A DNA stretch of 64,000 nt, taken from Phallusia mammillata. Taxonomy: Eukaryota. A program made the translations under genes and the position numbers. Positions 24,198 to 36,410 of the stretch are shown here, in pieces. The stretch lies in assembly GCA_965637545.1 (NCBI GenBank), contig OZ281500.1, positions 7,626,001 through 7,690,000 on the forward strand, given 5' to 3'. How positions within the stretch are numbered: the stretch's first letter is position 1; the number at the start of each line of letters is the position of its first letter. Below the pieces are notes generated by a model. It worked only from the letters and a program-made list of their open reading frames with translations, had not been told where the DNA came from and searched no databases.

Positions 24198-27100
24198 TTA
24201 ATACCTACGTCCCCTGCTTCTCGGAATGTAACCCTGAATAAACAAATGCCATGTTAAAGAAGTTATTACCACATTACAAAAACCTTTGTCACTTTGGGCA
24301 AATATTTTGTAAATGAGAAAGGACACTAAAAAACAAAAGTTGCATCTCTGACGTCAACTACTGACGCATTGCAGACTGGGATCAATAAATGCGCGTTGTT
24401 ATTTAACAGAAAATCGTTGTGTCGTAAATCGTGTTTGCGGATGCACTTTGTGTAAATAACAGATAATATGGCGCTACTACTCCGACGGTTTAGCTAAGAG
24501 TTCCCACTTTGCCCAGTAAAATCATTGATGCTTAAATTGTAAAGTTTTATCATCCTGTATTTCATTTTTGTAATAATAGTTTCAGAAATAGTTAATACTC
24601 AAATAGTGAATACTTTCCCTTATATCAGCGACAACCTGGTAATCGCAGTTAAGTGTTACTCTTAACATAATAGCGATCAAACAAAACTGTAGCTGAAAGT
24701 CATCGCTTTCACAAACAGGAAAAGTCACACAACTCCACAATCAAACATTGGAACACACTCACTCCAGGCGAAAGCAAACACAAATGCGGTTGCACAGAGG
24801 TGATGACGGAAGGACAACTTACGCTTAGTACCGACGAGAGCGTGGTGAAGGGCTGCGGCTTCTCCGTGGGCTCTGCGCAAATGCAAACAGTCGTTAGCAA
24901 AAATGACGAGCTAAATTTTTTGCTGAATGGCAAAAGTCCTCAAGCTTCCGTCCCCCTTGTCAAGAAAAACAGCTTTGTCCCACAGACAGTGCGATATTTA
25001 TAGCATTAAAAGGTCTTATTGGTGAAATAACGTATTGCTTTTTGATTGAAGAAATTTTCATATCAAACAATTGTGGAGTGTTTGTTGAGTGGCAGAAACT
25101 TACCAAACTGCTTCTGGACAGACGAGACGAGCTTCTGATGGGACTTGGCGATCTGCTGCGTCGTGGCGACGAAAGCTGTCAACAGGGGGCGCAATTGCAA
25201 GCGTTAAGAAAAGAACAAAACGCCAAACAAGGCACGACCAAACTGCCACAAGAATCAACTTAATCAGGTTTCAAAATATCGATTCGTCGATTTTAAATGA
25301 CAAAAAAGCAGAAAGGGGAAAGGGGAAAAATGAATGTGGAAATCGACTTACAGCTCCACGTCGAGTGACGCATTCTCCTTTAATAAGCACACTGCAATCT
25401 TCCAAGAGTGCAGGCCATACGTGGTATGCAACAAGCGGAGCGGAAAATTCGCTGTCGTAACTCCTTCTGTATCTGAAAGCGTAATATAAAATGTGCGATT
25501 ATTCAAAAACTTGCATGACTCGGTAATATTAAGCCCTCTTTGCTATAAAAATATCATTTTTACCGCAACGCAAGCTATATTTTTTTACATTCATAAACCA
25601 TGTAAAATTACACTTTTTAACGATTTTGCAAAAGTTTGCGGATCCTAGTTCTGAGAATTTGTGACTTACTTAGTTTCGCTCATCAGCTCGCCGTCAGTTG
25701 CCAGTGGGATATCCAGAGGTGGTTCAAGCGCCTGCATGCGGTAAGCCACCTTGCACACCTCGCGAATGAACGGGCTCAACAAAGCAAATTCGCACTCTGG
25801 TGGGAACGAGATCTTCGGGTTCACGTTCATCGCACGAATCACATCCTACGTAATTACACAAGGTCAAAATCAGGAATATTTGATTTGATGTACGATAGAA
25901 CTATATAATAAAATTCCGACAAAATGGAAAAACGGGTTTTCTACGCTAAAAATGTCGACATTGGTGCGAGTTTGTAGCGTCTCAACATTGGTCGGAATTT
26001 CTACGTTAAAAAATGTTGCCATTGGTCGGAAATGCCCGCTCTTAAAACAACCTTTATTTGTAAGTTTACTATGTCATAAATATAACGCGATCCGAACAAC
26101 AATGCCAGGCTTGTGACAACAACTTGTGTAAATCAAAATATTTATTTAAGCCACCGCAGGAGTAACTTTTAAAGATATTAAAAGGCAAAATTCCAGTTTA
26201 TTAAAATCAAGTAAGTTGCCATCATCCATACTGTGTAGCGACACCCTACTCTACGGCGAAACCTGGCCCAAACGCCATTAAAAAAGGCGTAAAATAAACG
26301 TGTAAGGTAATTGCGAAACAAATAAGTCCAAATATGAAGTTAGGGCCGAATCAAGTGTGTTTTATTGAACAACCCGACGCGAAAAGCCGGACCCGGCTTA
26401 CAACTCGCACATAATATCGATATTTGCTTCACTTTTTTGCTCAACACAAAACTTTACCTCGACGCTGCGGTCGACGTCGTAGAGATCCAAGTTACGGACG
26501 ATATAGTCAGTGACCGCTTCTTCGAGACTGCCTGGTCCGCTGTGGATAGGCAAGAGAAGTTTGCGAGCACGCAGACGGAAGGCACGGAACGACATCTTTG
26601 CAACGTGGAAAGCTTCACATGTAGCAATGAAGATGATTCGCTTCACCATCTCATCGTCATCCACAAAACGACGCAAACGGTCCTATTGTTTAGATTTTAT
26701 GAAGTTAATTAGTTTTATTCCGAACTGTAAATCATTTTAAAGTGTAGCTGGAGCTGAGATTTTATCATAATTAACAATTATATGCCATAAAAGTGAATAC
26801 AAAAGCATAAGATCCTAAATATTAGAACATGTGTAAAAAATGGCAACAACGCCACTGAAGATTCTGTTTAAATAAGGTACTGGTGATGCTGTTAAGGCAA
26901 AACACATGTCTTAAAATTTTATGGAAGGACTCAATATTTTTCAACTTAAATCAGCCCTAAAGAAGTATTTATAATTTTGCAAACCCCCCTACAAAAAGAT
27001 TGTTTAACGGTAAATGTCGTCTCAGATGCTGTAGTGTGACACAAATTACACAAAACATGGCGAACCTGCATGTCAAGACGATCCACGGCATAAAGGTCGT

Positions 27101-30100
27101 TGAAACGAGCGACAAGACGCGAATGACGGATCGAGTTGGTAAGTTCAGCATGGGTTGGTGAAGACGGAGGTGGTGGCAATGGCCGCTCGTAGTCACACAA
27201 CCTTTATACACAGAGACATTGTAAAGTCCGAACCAAGCGTTTAAGCGTCAGCACACAACACCAAGCACACAAAACAAACATTACCCAAAAGGGTGAATGG
27301 CAATTATCGTGTGGTGCTATTTGAGACGCATGCCGGTGTGAATAAAAAGAGTGTGGTTTAAATAGGTTCAAATGAAAGCGGACATTCCGAGCAAGGCGCA
27401 GATACTTGGCGAACAACGCGGTGAGGACGGTCCGGTTTCAAGCTGATCAACCTATCATTATCCCGACACGAGTTAAAAATACTTTGATCGAAAGCGAGAA
27501 CGCCGTTGCTAAGCAACATAAAAGTGCTATGATAAGATATTAAAACGTAAAATGAAAGTTTTTGGTGGCCAAGTCTATTATAAGTTGCAAAAAGCTTGGC
27601 AATCGAAAGAAATCCCGTTGGAAAGTTGACATCTGTGCGAATTTAAATTAAAACTGTCGGTTTCCAGTGAATGGTTTTTATTTTTCAGTGCGGTCGTATG
27701 GTCAGCTGCTTCTGTATCAAACCTGTATTGGTGGTGGAATATTAACGACTGACCATTTCGCAACACCGCGCAACATCGTTTAAGAGAAGCTGGCATCAAT
27801 TGTGACAGGAGGCCACGCTAACTTGTCTCGACCCGCCCGCGTTAACGCCATTCAATATCCAAGTCGGCCTTTGTTGGAGCTTTGACTCCAAGCGAGGTTT
27901 AAATCAACTTGGAGGTTCCGTGCTGGAGAACATGTGGCCTCCCACACGCAGGTTTTGCTCCGAAATTATAATGACTTTTTTATTTTCGTCCAACCCAAGT
28001 AAACAACTATTGATCAAGCAATCCATGAATCTGTGTACGGAGCTTAATGATTTTGCTATAGCGGGTTTAAATAATATCATGATTAGGCCTTCAAAAAGGA
28101 AAGACGAAAAAAGTTGAATTGCAACATTGTGTCCATTTGGTTTGGGCTGTTGTTGAATGATCGTATGATAGTCGGCTTTCGGGGTCAAAGGGTCTCCACT
28201 ACACGACGATGGTTTGTAGCAGAGTGGCCTCATACCTGATCCAATGACCGGCGGCTTGGCTCCTAATCCTTCTTTATGCGAAAAATGTGCACAATGGCGC
28301 TGCGCGAGTTTTAACATACTCGAAGTGCTTACACTATCAATTCCGCTGCCACAATGGCGCGGTTAAATGGTATCGAGTGCGCCGGTCCTTTTAACACTTG
28401 TTTTGATTAGGAACAAACCCGAACAAAGGCCTTTGTCGGCCGGCTACGCGTTCTCCGTGAGTGTCCTTGACGACCTGATTTGCCGACTCCCGCCTATAGC
28501 TACCGCGAAAAAGTCATATTCCAACTATGTACGAACTTATGAGTTTTAGTATTTCACACACATGCAAACCTGTGCTATTTTACCAAATATGGCATGCATG
28601 CCCACACACGAAAAAGTTAAGGTTGTTAAATGTAAAGCAAAAGACAAAACGCATGCAAAGGTACGCACACAGGTGATCTGCACCGACGAGGTGGTGGACT
28701 GCAACTACGTCGACGCAATCTGTGACATCACAATAAGCATTGTTGTTGACGTGAAATTAATGAAGTGCTCAGTACTAATTTTATCATGAAAGTTTTTACC
28801 GAATAATCTCTAACATTACAGCTGACCAAAATCGAACTATACGATTTTGATGCCTTCATTAAATAGCCATGTTTGCAAATTGAAGCTATTTGATCAAATT
28901 ATTCTTATAGTCGGTAAAGTTTATGCGAAAGTAAATTAGTAGGTGCAATGTTATGTGCAAAACATGAATTGCAAAACCTTCTACCTTGACTCCAAAATTT
29001 CACGTTCTTGTCGCAAAAGGCTGATCTCTCCCTTCAGACGGTCAATCTGTCTCTCGTAATCTCCAACACGATCCAGTTGCAACTTATAGCGGGAAGCCTC
29101 ATCCCTCGCCAGACGCAAGCTGCACATTTTCAACACTCTTGTTAAGGATCGTACTTAATGCAATAGAATATGTACGGAAACTTACTCGGCCCTGAGCAAA
29201 ATAATTTCTTCTTCGGATGCTAGCATAGTTCCGCCGGATTCAACTTTAGTCTTTTCCAACTCCGCTTGGCTGTCGTTCAGTCTGAAATGGCGACGACAAG
29301 GTGACTGTGAGGCGGCCTCAGCGCGACGCGCAACTTCTTTCGAAAGCGAAAACACAATCGTAAACAATGCCTAGTATCCGGTTGCGCTGATCTGGTTTGG
29401 GCGCGGACCAGATCGGTTAAAGGGATGTACAGTAAACAGACTGCCCTTCACGCTCTGCAAGTCTTATGACGTTGCACAATGGTAAAAACCAGCTGGAGGC
29501 ATGTCGTGTGCAAATGGGTCTGGACGTGTTTTTTTGTGTTAACACCAACTAGGTTCCCTAAACTTTCACCTTTTGAACCTAGTTTCGTAATATGAGAAAC
29601 AGATTTTGAAACACTATATTCAACTGCTTTCTACGAACATTGAGCTTTTTCTATTTCTGTCTTAGAGTACATGCTCTCGCCACATGTTACAAGGATCACT
29701 TACAAGTGATTCCCTTCAAAAGCAGCTGTTGTTTTGCAAAAACTAACAGGAAACGAAACTTACTCATCTCGCGTTACATTTAGTTCCCCTTGTGCAGCTG
29801 ATAATTCAGTTTCAAGTTTGATCAAGTCATCATTATGCTTTGATTTCAGCTCAGAAATTTTGCGGTCCTTCTCAACAGACTCCTGCAAAAATGCACAACC
29901 AAATCATTAATATACGTTTTATGACAAACAAATTTAAAAAAACATTTATTATTGAAAAGTTCTTGCTGAATTTATGGCGAAAGCAATGGCAAAAGACCTG
30001 AATCAGAGCCAAACTAGTGTCTGAAGTAACACTTCCTCCAGAGGCAATGAATCCTGCACCAAGCCAAGGCAGCAATCTACTTTTCAGTGTGTCAACTCCC

Positions 30101-30534
30101 CCATAAGTGCCACCCTCCGATGCTGTTAAACTCATTGCAGTAAAAAGTTGACTTTGGATCTTGGATGTTAACTCGATAAGTTCACATAGCCGTCCAAGGT
30201 TTGTGTCACAGCTGTTAATCTAAAAGCAGTATATATATTGTTACAAAATGCAAGACTTCTTTGCATCAAGATAAACTTTCAAATTTCGACATATGATTTG
30301 AAATTTTACAAATTGCAAAATGGATTAGGTAAAATGTTAAATGCTTTCAGTTTAAAGCTACCAAATTATTGCAGATTTGCATTCTCATTAAATAAAATAT
30401 GGTCTTGTAATTGTAATGGTAGACAAAACATCACCATTATCACTTACAGCATATGAATCTTTCAATGCTGAAATCTTGTCTTGTAATGCTGCATATGTTG
30501 AACTACTTGCCAGCCTTCTTATTGTTTCAGACAT
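24198..30534 (-). CDS. SPATA18: Mitochondria-eating protein (Mieap); two alternative stop-containing exons (stops at 24827-24825 or 24200-24198)
   Basis: [21 protein letters not shown] (ATG 30534); [27 protein letters not shown]; coiled coil [13 protein letters not shown]; [66 protein letters not shown], closely matching the vertebrate SPATA18 C-terminal domain as I recall it; RSRSPSP tail. Confidence 0.93.
27505..27517. promoter_or_regulatory. RFX X-box-like palindrome inside a SPATA18 intron
   Basis: GTTGCTAAGCAAC fits the RFX X-box (GTTGC-n3-GCAAC). Confidence 0.45.
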
Positions 30535-30862
30535 TTCTGTTACTTGCTAGGGCCTAAATATTAAAAACACAAAAACCTTGACTATAAAATAACATAGAAG
30601 GTACATTACTCAGTTATTTAAAGGAAACAAATTAATCTGCTTCTAATTGTTGAAATACAAAAGACACTTAAATGTCTACCTAAACAGATTTTTATTGGCT
30701 TTCTCTATTATCGGTTTACTATAAAAGCGGCACAAATTAATCATTCTAAATCTATTGAAACCGCGTTTCGACCCGTATTGACGAAAAAACATTAACGAAC
30801 GTAAGCGTGGCATAAAAAAAAGTGCAATGCCCAAAACTGATCGCCTAGGAAACTAACATTAC

Positions 30863-31020
30863 CCTTTAAACCCGTACTCTACAAATTTTTGAGTTTACCT
30901 CTTATGAATGAGCCATACCACTATTACGTCAAACATAGTGCCCACAATATCCCGGCATGTTTACTTTGCCACTTACTACACAATCACACAGGAAACCTGG
31001 GACGCTACGCATGCGCAATA
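30863..31020 (-). promoter_or_regulatory. SPATA18 non-coding first exon / promoter region
   Basis: Donor agg|gtaatg at 30862, acceptor at 30547 twelve nt before the ATG; NRF1-like tacgcatgcgca at 31006-31017. Confidence 0.45.
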
Positions 31021-32183
31021 CGCTTCACTGATTTCGGCACAATTGAATTTTTAATTTTCGCAAAATAGGAGAAAATTCTGGACACTGAAAATTTTCATTT
31101 GGTAAACATGTTATGCTGGCCACGAAATTTATGTTGAAAATTGGCAAATAATTGACATTTAGTTAACATCGGCCAGTTTGGATGAAATTCGTTTTCTTTT
31201 AATTTCAATGACCAATTGTAAAATCAACAAACTATAATACTGTATGTTGCCACAAATTCACCATGGTGGTGCATTTAACCTCCTATAAAATGCCTAATAA
31301 TTGCAATAAAACATTTAATGCAAAATCAAAAACTTTTGGAATTAAGTACTGTCCTCTGAGAACAAGATCATTTTTTATCAAAAAGGAGGAAATTATCACT
31401 AAAAGGAGGTCTTTTGGCATAGGCTTACCGTAAAAGATTTTTTTTCTGAAAACAATATATTTTAAAAATATGATGAACACAGTTGCAGACTTTTTTAGAT
31501 CCAAGGTAATATATTAAGTGTGCATAAGTCATCGCAAAAACATCCTTAGGTTGGGGGCTTAAGTCAAGTCTTTGAAAAAGTCAACTTAAATCTTCCAAAT
31601 CTGTGTCGTGTTGTTATTTATTGTTGTACCATTTTAAAAATTAATCCAGATTTTTGTCTCTAATTATAGCCTCAAAACAGTCCGACTGCTTGGCTGTTCT
31701 ATCGTAACATGTCAGAGTTTGTTCTTCTCAGCATCTTCCCAGTGCTGTATAGACTACCTTGCATTTATAAGCACCAAGACATGCAGTAAAAGAGGGAAAA
31801 TAAGAGAAAACCAACAAAATATTTCAAACCTAAAACATAAAAAATTATGATTATTGTTCCTATACAAAAAATGTGCAAGTAAAAAAACAACATTTTAACA
31901 AATCACATTGTTGACATTGACACAACAAACAGTAACAATACCGAAACTAATGTAATGGCAAGCTCCATAACATACATTATCGAAACTCTAAGAAAAGTGG
32001 ACCTTGGCAAAATTATTAGCGAAATACAAAAAAGGAATCTGAAAGGATGTACAAGACATGATATGAATGTGGGTGCTGTTAATGAACATTTATGTGCATT
32101 ACCCAATATTAACACAGTCACAAAATCAATTATTGCAGATCAACATCTTTAAGTTGCAAACTCACAATAAAATCAATACCTAA

Positions 32184-34238
32184 TCAATACTCCTCCATGA
32201 ACATTTTGTACCTTTCTTTGTCAATATGGTACTTGTTCATTAGGATTTCAATAAAACTAAGCTTGAGGTCATTCATGCATTCTCTATATTCAGGTAATGT
32301 TCTGTACTTTTGCAATTCTATGCTAGGTAGATGAGGTATATGAATAATGAAACCATGTGGCAAGACAACAAAGCTAAATCCCATTGCATCAAGCTCCATA
32401 ATGTGTGAAATTTTGTTCCAACCAAAACCAATAAAACGTTTATCATAGAGTGGACATCTTTTTTTGCTAAGCACCACATATGGTTCAAAATCTTTTTGCC
32501 ATCTTATGCGGTATGGTGTATTACTTTTCTTCCACAATGAATAGTTAGTTGGGGCATGCCCCTGAGGCCAAACGTTTTCCCGGAATGTGGTAATTGCACC
32601 ACTTTCCAAGTGAGACAGTAATTCGGCTTTGGTAGAAGGCAATTCATTCTTATACCACAAGCTCTCAAATGCTGGTATAACAAAAGCTGTTAAGTTAGAG
32701 TGCATTTCTTCAGTTACATGACTTAAAATGTACGAGTACAGTCCCATCATTGGAACAAAGTCAACATCATACAAAAATACAAAATCTGTGACAACTTGCT
32801 GCAAAGCAATGTTTCTTAACAAGTTGATGGGATACACATCCTTTACAGTGTTTTGAAATACAAGATGAAATGCAATATTTTTCCTGGAATTAAGTATGCT
32901 AGATTCTTGAACAAAAACCTCCACTTTTCTTGCATCGAAATCAGAAAGAAATATCGCAACACTAACAGGGCCATCCCACTGTCGGCAGAGAATTTCTAAC
33001 ATTTGTAAACGGTCAATTGATAAATGGACCACAATACTCACATCATCTTCTATTGGCTTGTATTCAAATTCAAAGTAAAACAGATGTGTTCGATGAGGTC
33101 CAGTACTACTGGCAACAAAGTTGCTGCACATGTTATTTTCATCATAGTCAGCTAGGACCACCATATTATCAGTGTTGTCGTTGCATACTGACACAGATTG
33201 TCTAAGAAGTGCACCATTTAACTCAACAAAGTGGCTTCGGATGCTTGTGAACAACTCAACATGCTTGTACTTTTTCACTCGATTTTTTCTGAAGTTCCAA
33301 TGTACAGCTTTAATTTGATGTTTGTTTTTTAGGTAGCAAAGGTCAAATTTCATGTTGTCTGAGAGTTGCAAATTCCAAACACATGGCAGGGTATGTACTA
33401 TGGAAGGCATTCCTTTAATGACAGCATTAAAAATATCTTGATCAGCCAGAGCAACTTCATTTAAGTGCTTTAAATGCTGTTTGGTCACTTTCAGCCATAT
33501 GTCATTCCATCCTTTTGACCTTAATTTATCACATGACAGCAACATAATACCAGTATTAAAACCACGACCTAGGGCAGGCCATATAGTAGAGGTTGTATGC
33601 AGTGTACCTAAGTACCAGTTGGATTGATTCTCAATCAAACCTATGCACTCTTCCTTTGTAAACAACTTGAAATACTGCCACAGCTGAAATATGTCACTAG
33701 AAAATACAATATCAGTATCCAGCACAATGATTTCTTTTAAGTGTTTAGGCAAAATATCTGGAATCAGCAGTTTAATCAGTCCATACACTCCAGCATAATG
33801 TTTGTTTGGTATCCAAGAAACTGCCTGAATGTGCTCATCAATTAAGTAAAATGTAACTATGAGATTTGGCACATTCCAGGTTCGAAACATTGTTCCTAAA
33901 ACGGTTTTCGATTGCTGATTAACAAAGATGTGAAAATGCAGGTGGTGTTTTCGATAATGTAATATTGATTTGATCAAAGTTACCATTTGTCGATTAGTGC
34001 TAAATCCAACACAGACCATTGCTACTTGAATAGGTGTACACTCCTCACTTAATGGTGTACCAGTTTCATAAGAGATTTTGCTTGATTGCTCCTTTTCTTG
34101 ATCACTACTACTTTTCTCACGTTGATTGGAAATCCTACTTCTTGGCAGTTTTGACAAAGTATATAAAAGCCAAAGAACAATGGCCAAAGACAAAAGTTTA
34201 AGTGCACCATTTTTGTATATAATTTTTCTAAACAGCAT
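32184..34238 (-). CDS. LARGE1/2: LARGE-like bifunctional xylosyl/glucuronyltransferase, 684 aa, single coding exon
   Basis: N-terminal type II TM; GT8-like domain (WIPNKHYAGVYGLIKL, IVLDTDI DxD, LGRGFNTG, LADQDIFNAVIK, WNLQL); GT49-like domain (LSIDRLQMLE..WDGPVS, YPINLLRN, FLYDVDFVP DxD, FEPYVV, GFGWNKISH). Confidence 0.93.
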   Translation of the reverse strand: MLFRKIIYKNGALKLLSLAIVLWLLYTLSKLPRSRISNQREKSSSDQEKEQSSKISYETGTPLSEECTPIQVAMVCVGFSTNRQMVTLIKSILHYRKHHLHFHIFVNQQSKTVLGTMFRTWNVPNLIVTFYLIDEHIQAVSWIPNKHYAGVYGLIKLLIPDILPKHLKEIIVLDTDIVFSSDIFQLWQYFKLFTKEECIGLIENQSNWYLGTLHTTSTIWPALGRGFNTGIMLLSCDKLRSKGWNDIWLKVTKQHLKHLNEVALADQDIFNAVIKGMPSIVHTLPCVWNLQLSDNMKFDLCYLKNKHQIKAVHWNFRKNRVKKYKHVELFTSIRSHFVELNGALLRQSVSVCNDNTDNMVVLADYDENNMCSNFVASSTGPHRTHLFYFEFEYKPIEDDVSIVVHLSIDRLQMLEILCRQWDGPVSVAIFLSDFDARKVEVFVQESSILNSRKNIAFHLVFQNTVKDVYPINLLRNIALQQVVTDFVFLYDVDFVPMMGLYSYILSHVTEEMHSNLTAFVIPAFESLWYKNELPSTKAELLSHLESGAITTFRENVWPQGHAPTNYSLWKKSNTPYRIRWQKDFEPYVVLSKKRCPLYDKRFIGFGWNKISHIMELDAMGFSFVVLPHGFIIHIPHLPSIELQKYRTLPEYRECMNDLKLSFIEILMNKYHIDKERYKMFMEEY

Positions 34239-34459
34239 TATTAACTACATCTTTTTGCACCTGTAACAAAGATAAAACATTTATAAGATATGATATGTAC
34301 ATACTTTTTCCCAAGCTCAATAATAGTACTAATCATAAAATATATTTACAAAATTGATTTCAATACACTGCTGAAAATATTTGTAGTAATCAAACCTGCA
34401 AAGTACCAGCATAACTTTTGATATTCACTGATCAAAACACTGAACTACAACAACTAAAC

Positions 34460-34769
34460 CAAGGGTCGGCAACCTTTTAGGCGACGCGTGCCAATTTACG
34501 TGTTATTACCATGTGTTAATGACCTCGCGTGCCAACGTTTTTCTAAATAATAGTGGTTCGTGCCCGCAGATATCAATGATAAAGAGAAAGCAGAGTGTTT
34601 TGCGCATGTAAGGCTGAATTTCAACACAATGGCATGATAAAAACTATAAACTAGTAGTGCAACAGGTTAAATTGTTAATTCAATATAAACACGCAAATCG
34701 GTTGGCGTGCCACGAAAAACCACCTCACGTGCCAACCTTGGCACGCGTGCCAGGGGTTGCCGACACCTG
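34460..34769. mobile_element. hAT MITE in the LARGE 5'-UTR intron
   Basis: Termini caagggtcggcaacc / ggttgccgacacctg; repeated cgcgtgcca subterminal motifs; TSD imperfect. Confidence 0.7.
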
Positions 34770-35108
34770 ATTTACTAAACTATAAGGCAAAATATCGCTG
34801 CAAGTGCAAACTGCAAATCTTTAACTGCATTGGGTATTCCCCTTCTCCATTTTAGGCTCTTCCATTTAATCCAAAATTGTACAAGTTGAAAAGGTACCAT
34901 TTACAAAAAGCTGCACCTGCAACCAATAAGAGCAAACAAAAAACACGAGTCTGTATAAAATGTTTAGCGTTGAGATCAAACTTGTATAAGTGTCAATAAA
35001 ACATAATCATCACAGAACGTTCTTAAAATTTCTTTTTCAGTAAAAATTACTGCATAAAAATTATTCAGTTACAAAAAACGAAAACATTATTTTGGCTGTT
35101 GTACTTAC

Positions 35109-35185
35109 GATGGTTTATGGCACCCAACCCACACACGTGCAACGTTTTTTGACGTTATCAAACGTTGTTTGAAAGATCAAAAAGC
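35109..35185. promoter_or_regulatory. LARGE non-coding first exon and very compact LARGE/SMN bidirectional promoter
   Basis: Minus-strand donor c|gtaagtac at 35108 pairs with acceptor ttgttacag at 34261; the SMN ATG at 35186 on plus leaves 76 bp between exon end and ATG; central CACGTG. Confidence 0.55.
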
Positions 35186-36410
35186 ATGACTTCTAGTAAG
35201 AATGAAATAGTTTTTCGCAGGACTAAAGGGAAATATGATGATTGTGATCCTGATATGTGGGACGATAATGCATTGATCAATGTATACGACGCCGCGGTAT
35301 CGGGTCTACCGGTTGCAAACACGCCAAATGATGACAGTTCTCAAGTATCTGAGGATGAAATAGTTGACCAAACAAACTACGGTGAAATGGTTTGGACGAG
35401 AGAAGCAGGAGTGATTGCTGATGAGCCACAATCCACAACACAGCGAAAGAAGGGCAAAAGAAACAAACGAAAACGAAACAAGGGAAGTGGTAAGCTCCTT
35501 CATCTTGACAATTATAGTCAACAATAACTTGAAAATATTCTATGAGAGATTTTTTCACACATTTTTATGTAATTTATGTTCTGTGCACATCTTAATATGA
35601 TAGTTTTACCAGAAACATAATGTGATGGACAGAGTATCAAAGTATACCATATGTGGCACTGAACAACCCTTTAGGAAAAGTTAATTGTAGCCTAAATTTA
35701 AGCATGAGCAAGACTACCCAAGTTTATGTGTGCTTTTGTAACAAGCATTATTAGTATTATCAAAACTGGTTTTATTTAGCTAAGTTAATTGTACTTGTTA
35801 AATTTTAGTGCAAAAGCAAAGCAGAAGCTCGGACTGGAGCATTGGTGACAAGTGTATGGCTATGTATTATGAAGATGGAATGTACTACAAAGCAGAGATT
35901 GTTGAAGTAGGTGATCAGACAATTAACGTCAACTTTACTGAATATAATGAGGAGGAGGTGGTTGACTATGCTGATGTTCACCCAAGAAGTCTTTGGGAAA
36001 ATGCTGGAATCAATTTGTCACAACAACCCTCTAGCATTGTGGAGGGAGAAACAGAAAGCGCACTATCCACTGAAAGTGAGAAACAACCACAACCTAAAAG
36101 AAGCAAAGAAAAATGGACAAAAGAACAAACAGCAAACTCAAGAACAGATTCTCTTTTTCCCACTCCTGACTTTGATTTTTCTAACCCTATGTCCAATTTA
36201 CCCCCTCCTCCGCCATTATTGCCCCCAAGTGGATTAATTCCGGACAATTCCAATCTTTCTTGTAATAATTGCAATTGTTGTAAGAACAACAATTTGTCCA
36301 AAGAATCATTATCGTCAATGTTAGTTAGCTGGTACATGTCTGGTTATCACACAGGGTATTATCGAGGCATACATTCTTCAATGCCACAAAAGTGTAGCAA
36401 AAAATCATAG
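35186..36410 (+). CDS. SMN: Survival motor neuron protein; two coding exons (35186-35489, 35809-36410)
   Basis: Gemin2-binding DDCDPDMWDDNALINVYDAAV; basic stretch; Tudor WSIGDKCMAMYYEDGMYYKAEI; poly-Pro; YG box LSSMLVSWYMSGYHTGYYRG. Phase-1 GT-AG intron. Confidence 0.95.

Noticed and set aside
27904-28317. 137-aa ORF ([11 protein letters not shown]..) with donor-like gtatga, a possible alternative SPATA18 first exon
   Set aside because: Its phase-1 donor is incompatible with the phase-2 acceptor of the next coding exon, and no bridging exon was found.
31903-32152. ORFs of 65-72 aa on both strands next to the LARGE stop, and possible TGA readthrough
   Set aside because: Falls in the expected LARGE 3' UTR. 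The stop context TGA-TTAG is not the UGA-CUAG readthrough motif, and another stop follows within 17 codons.
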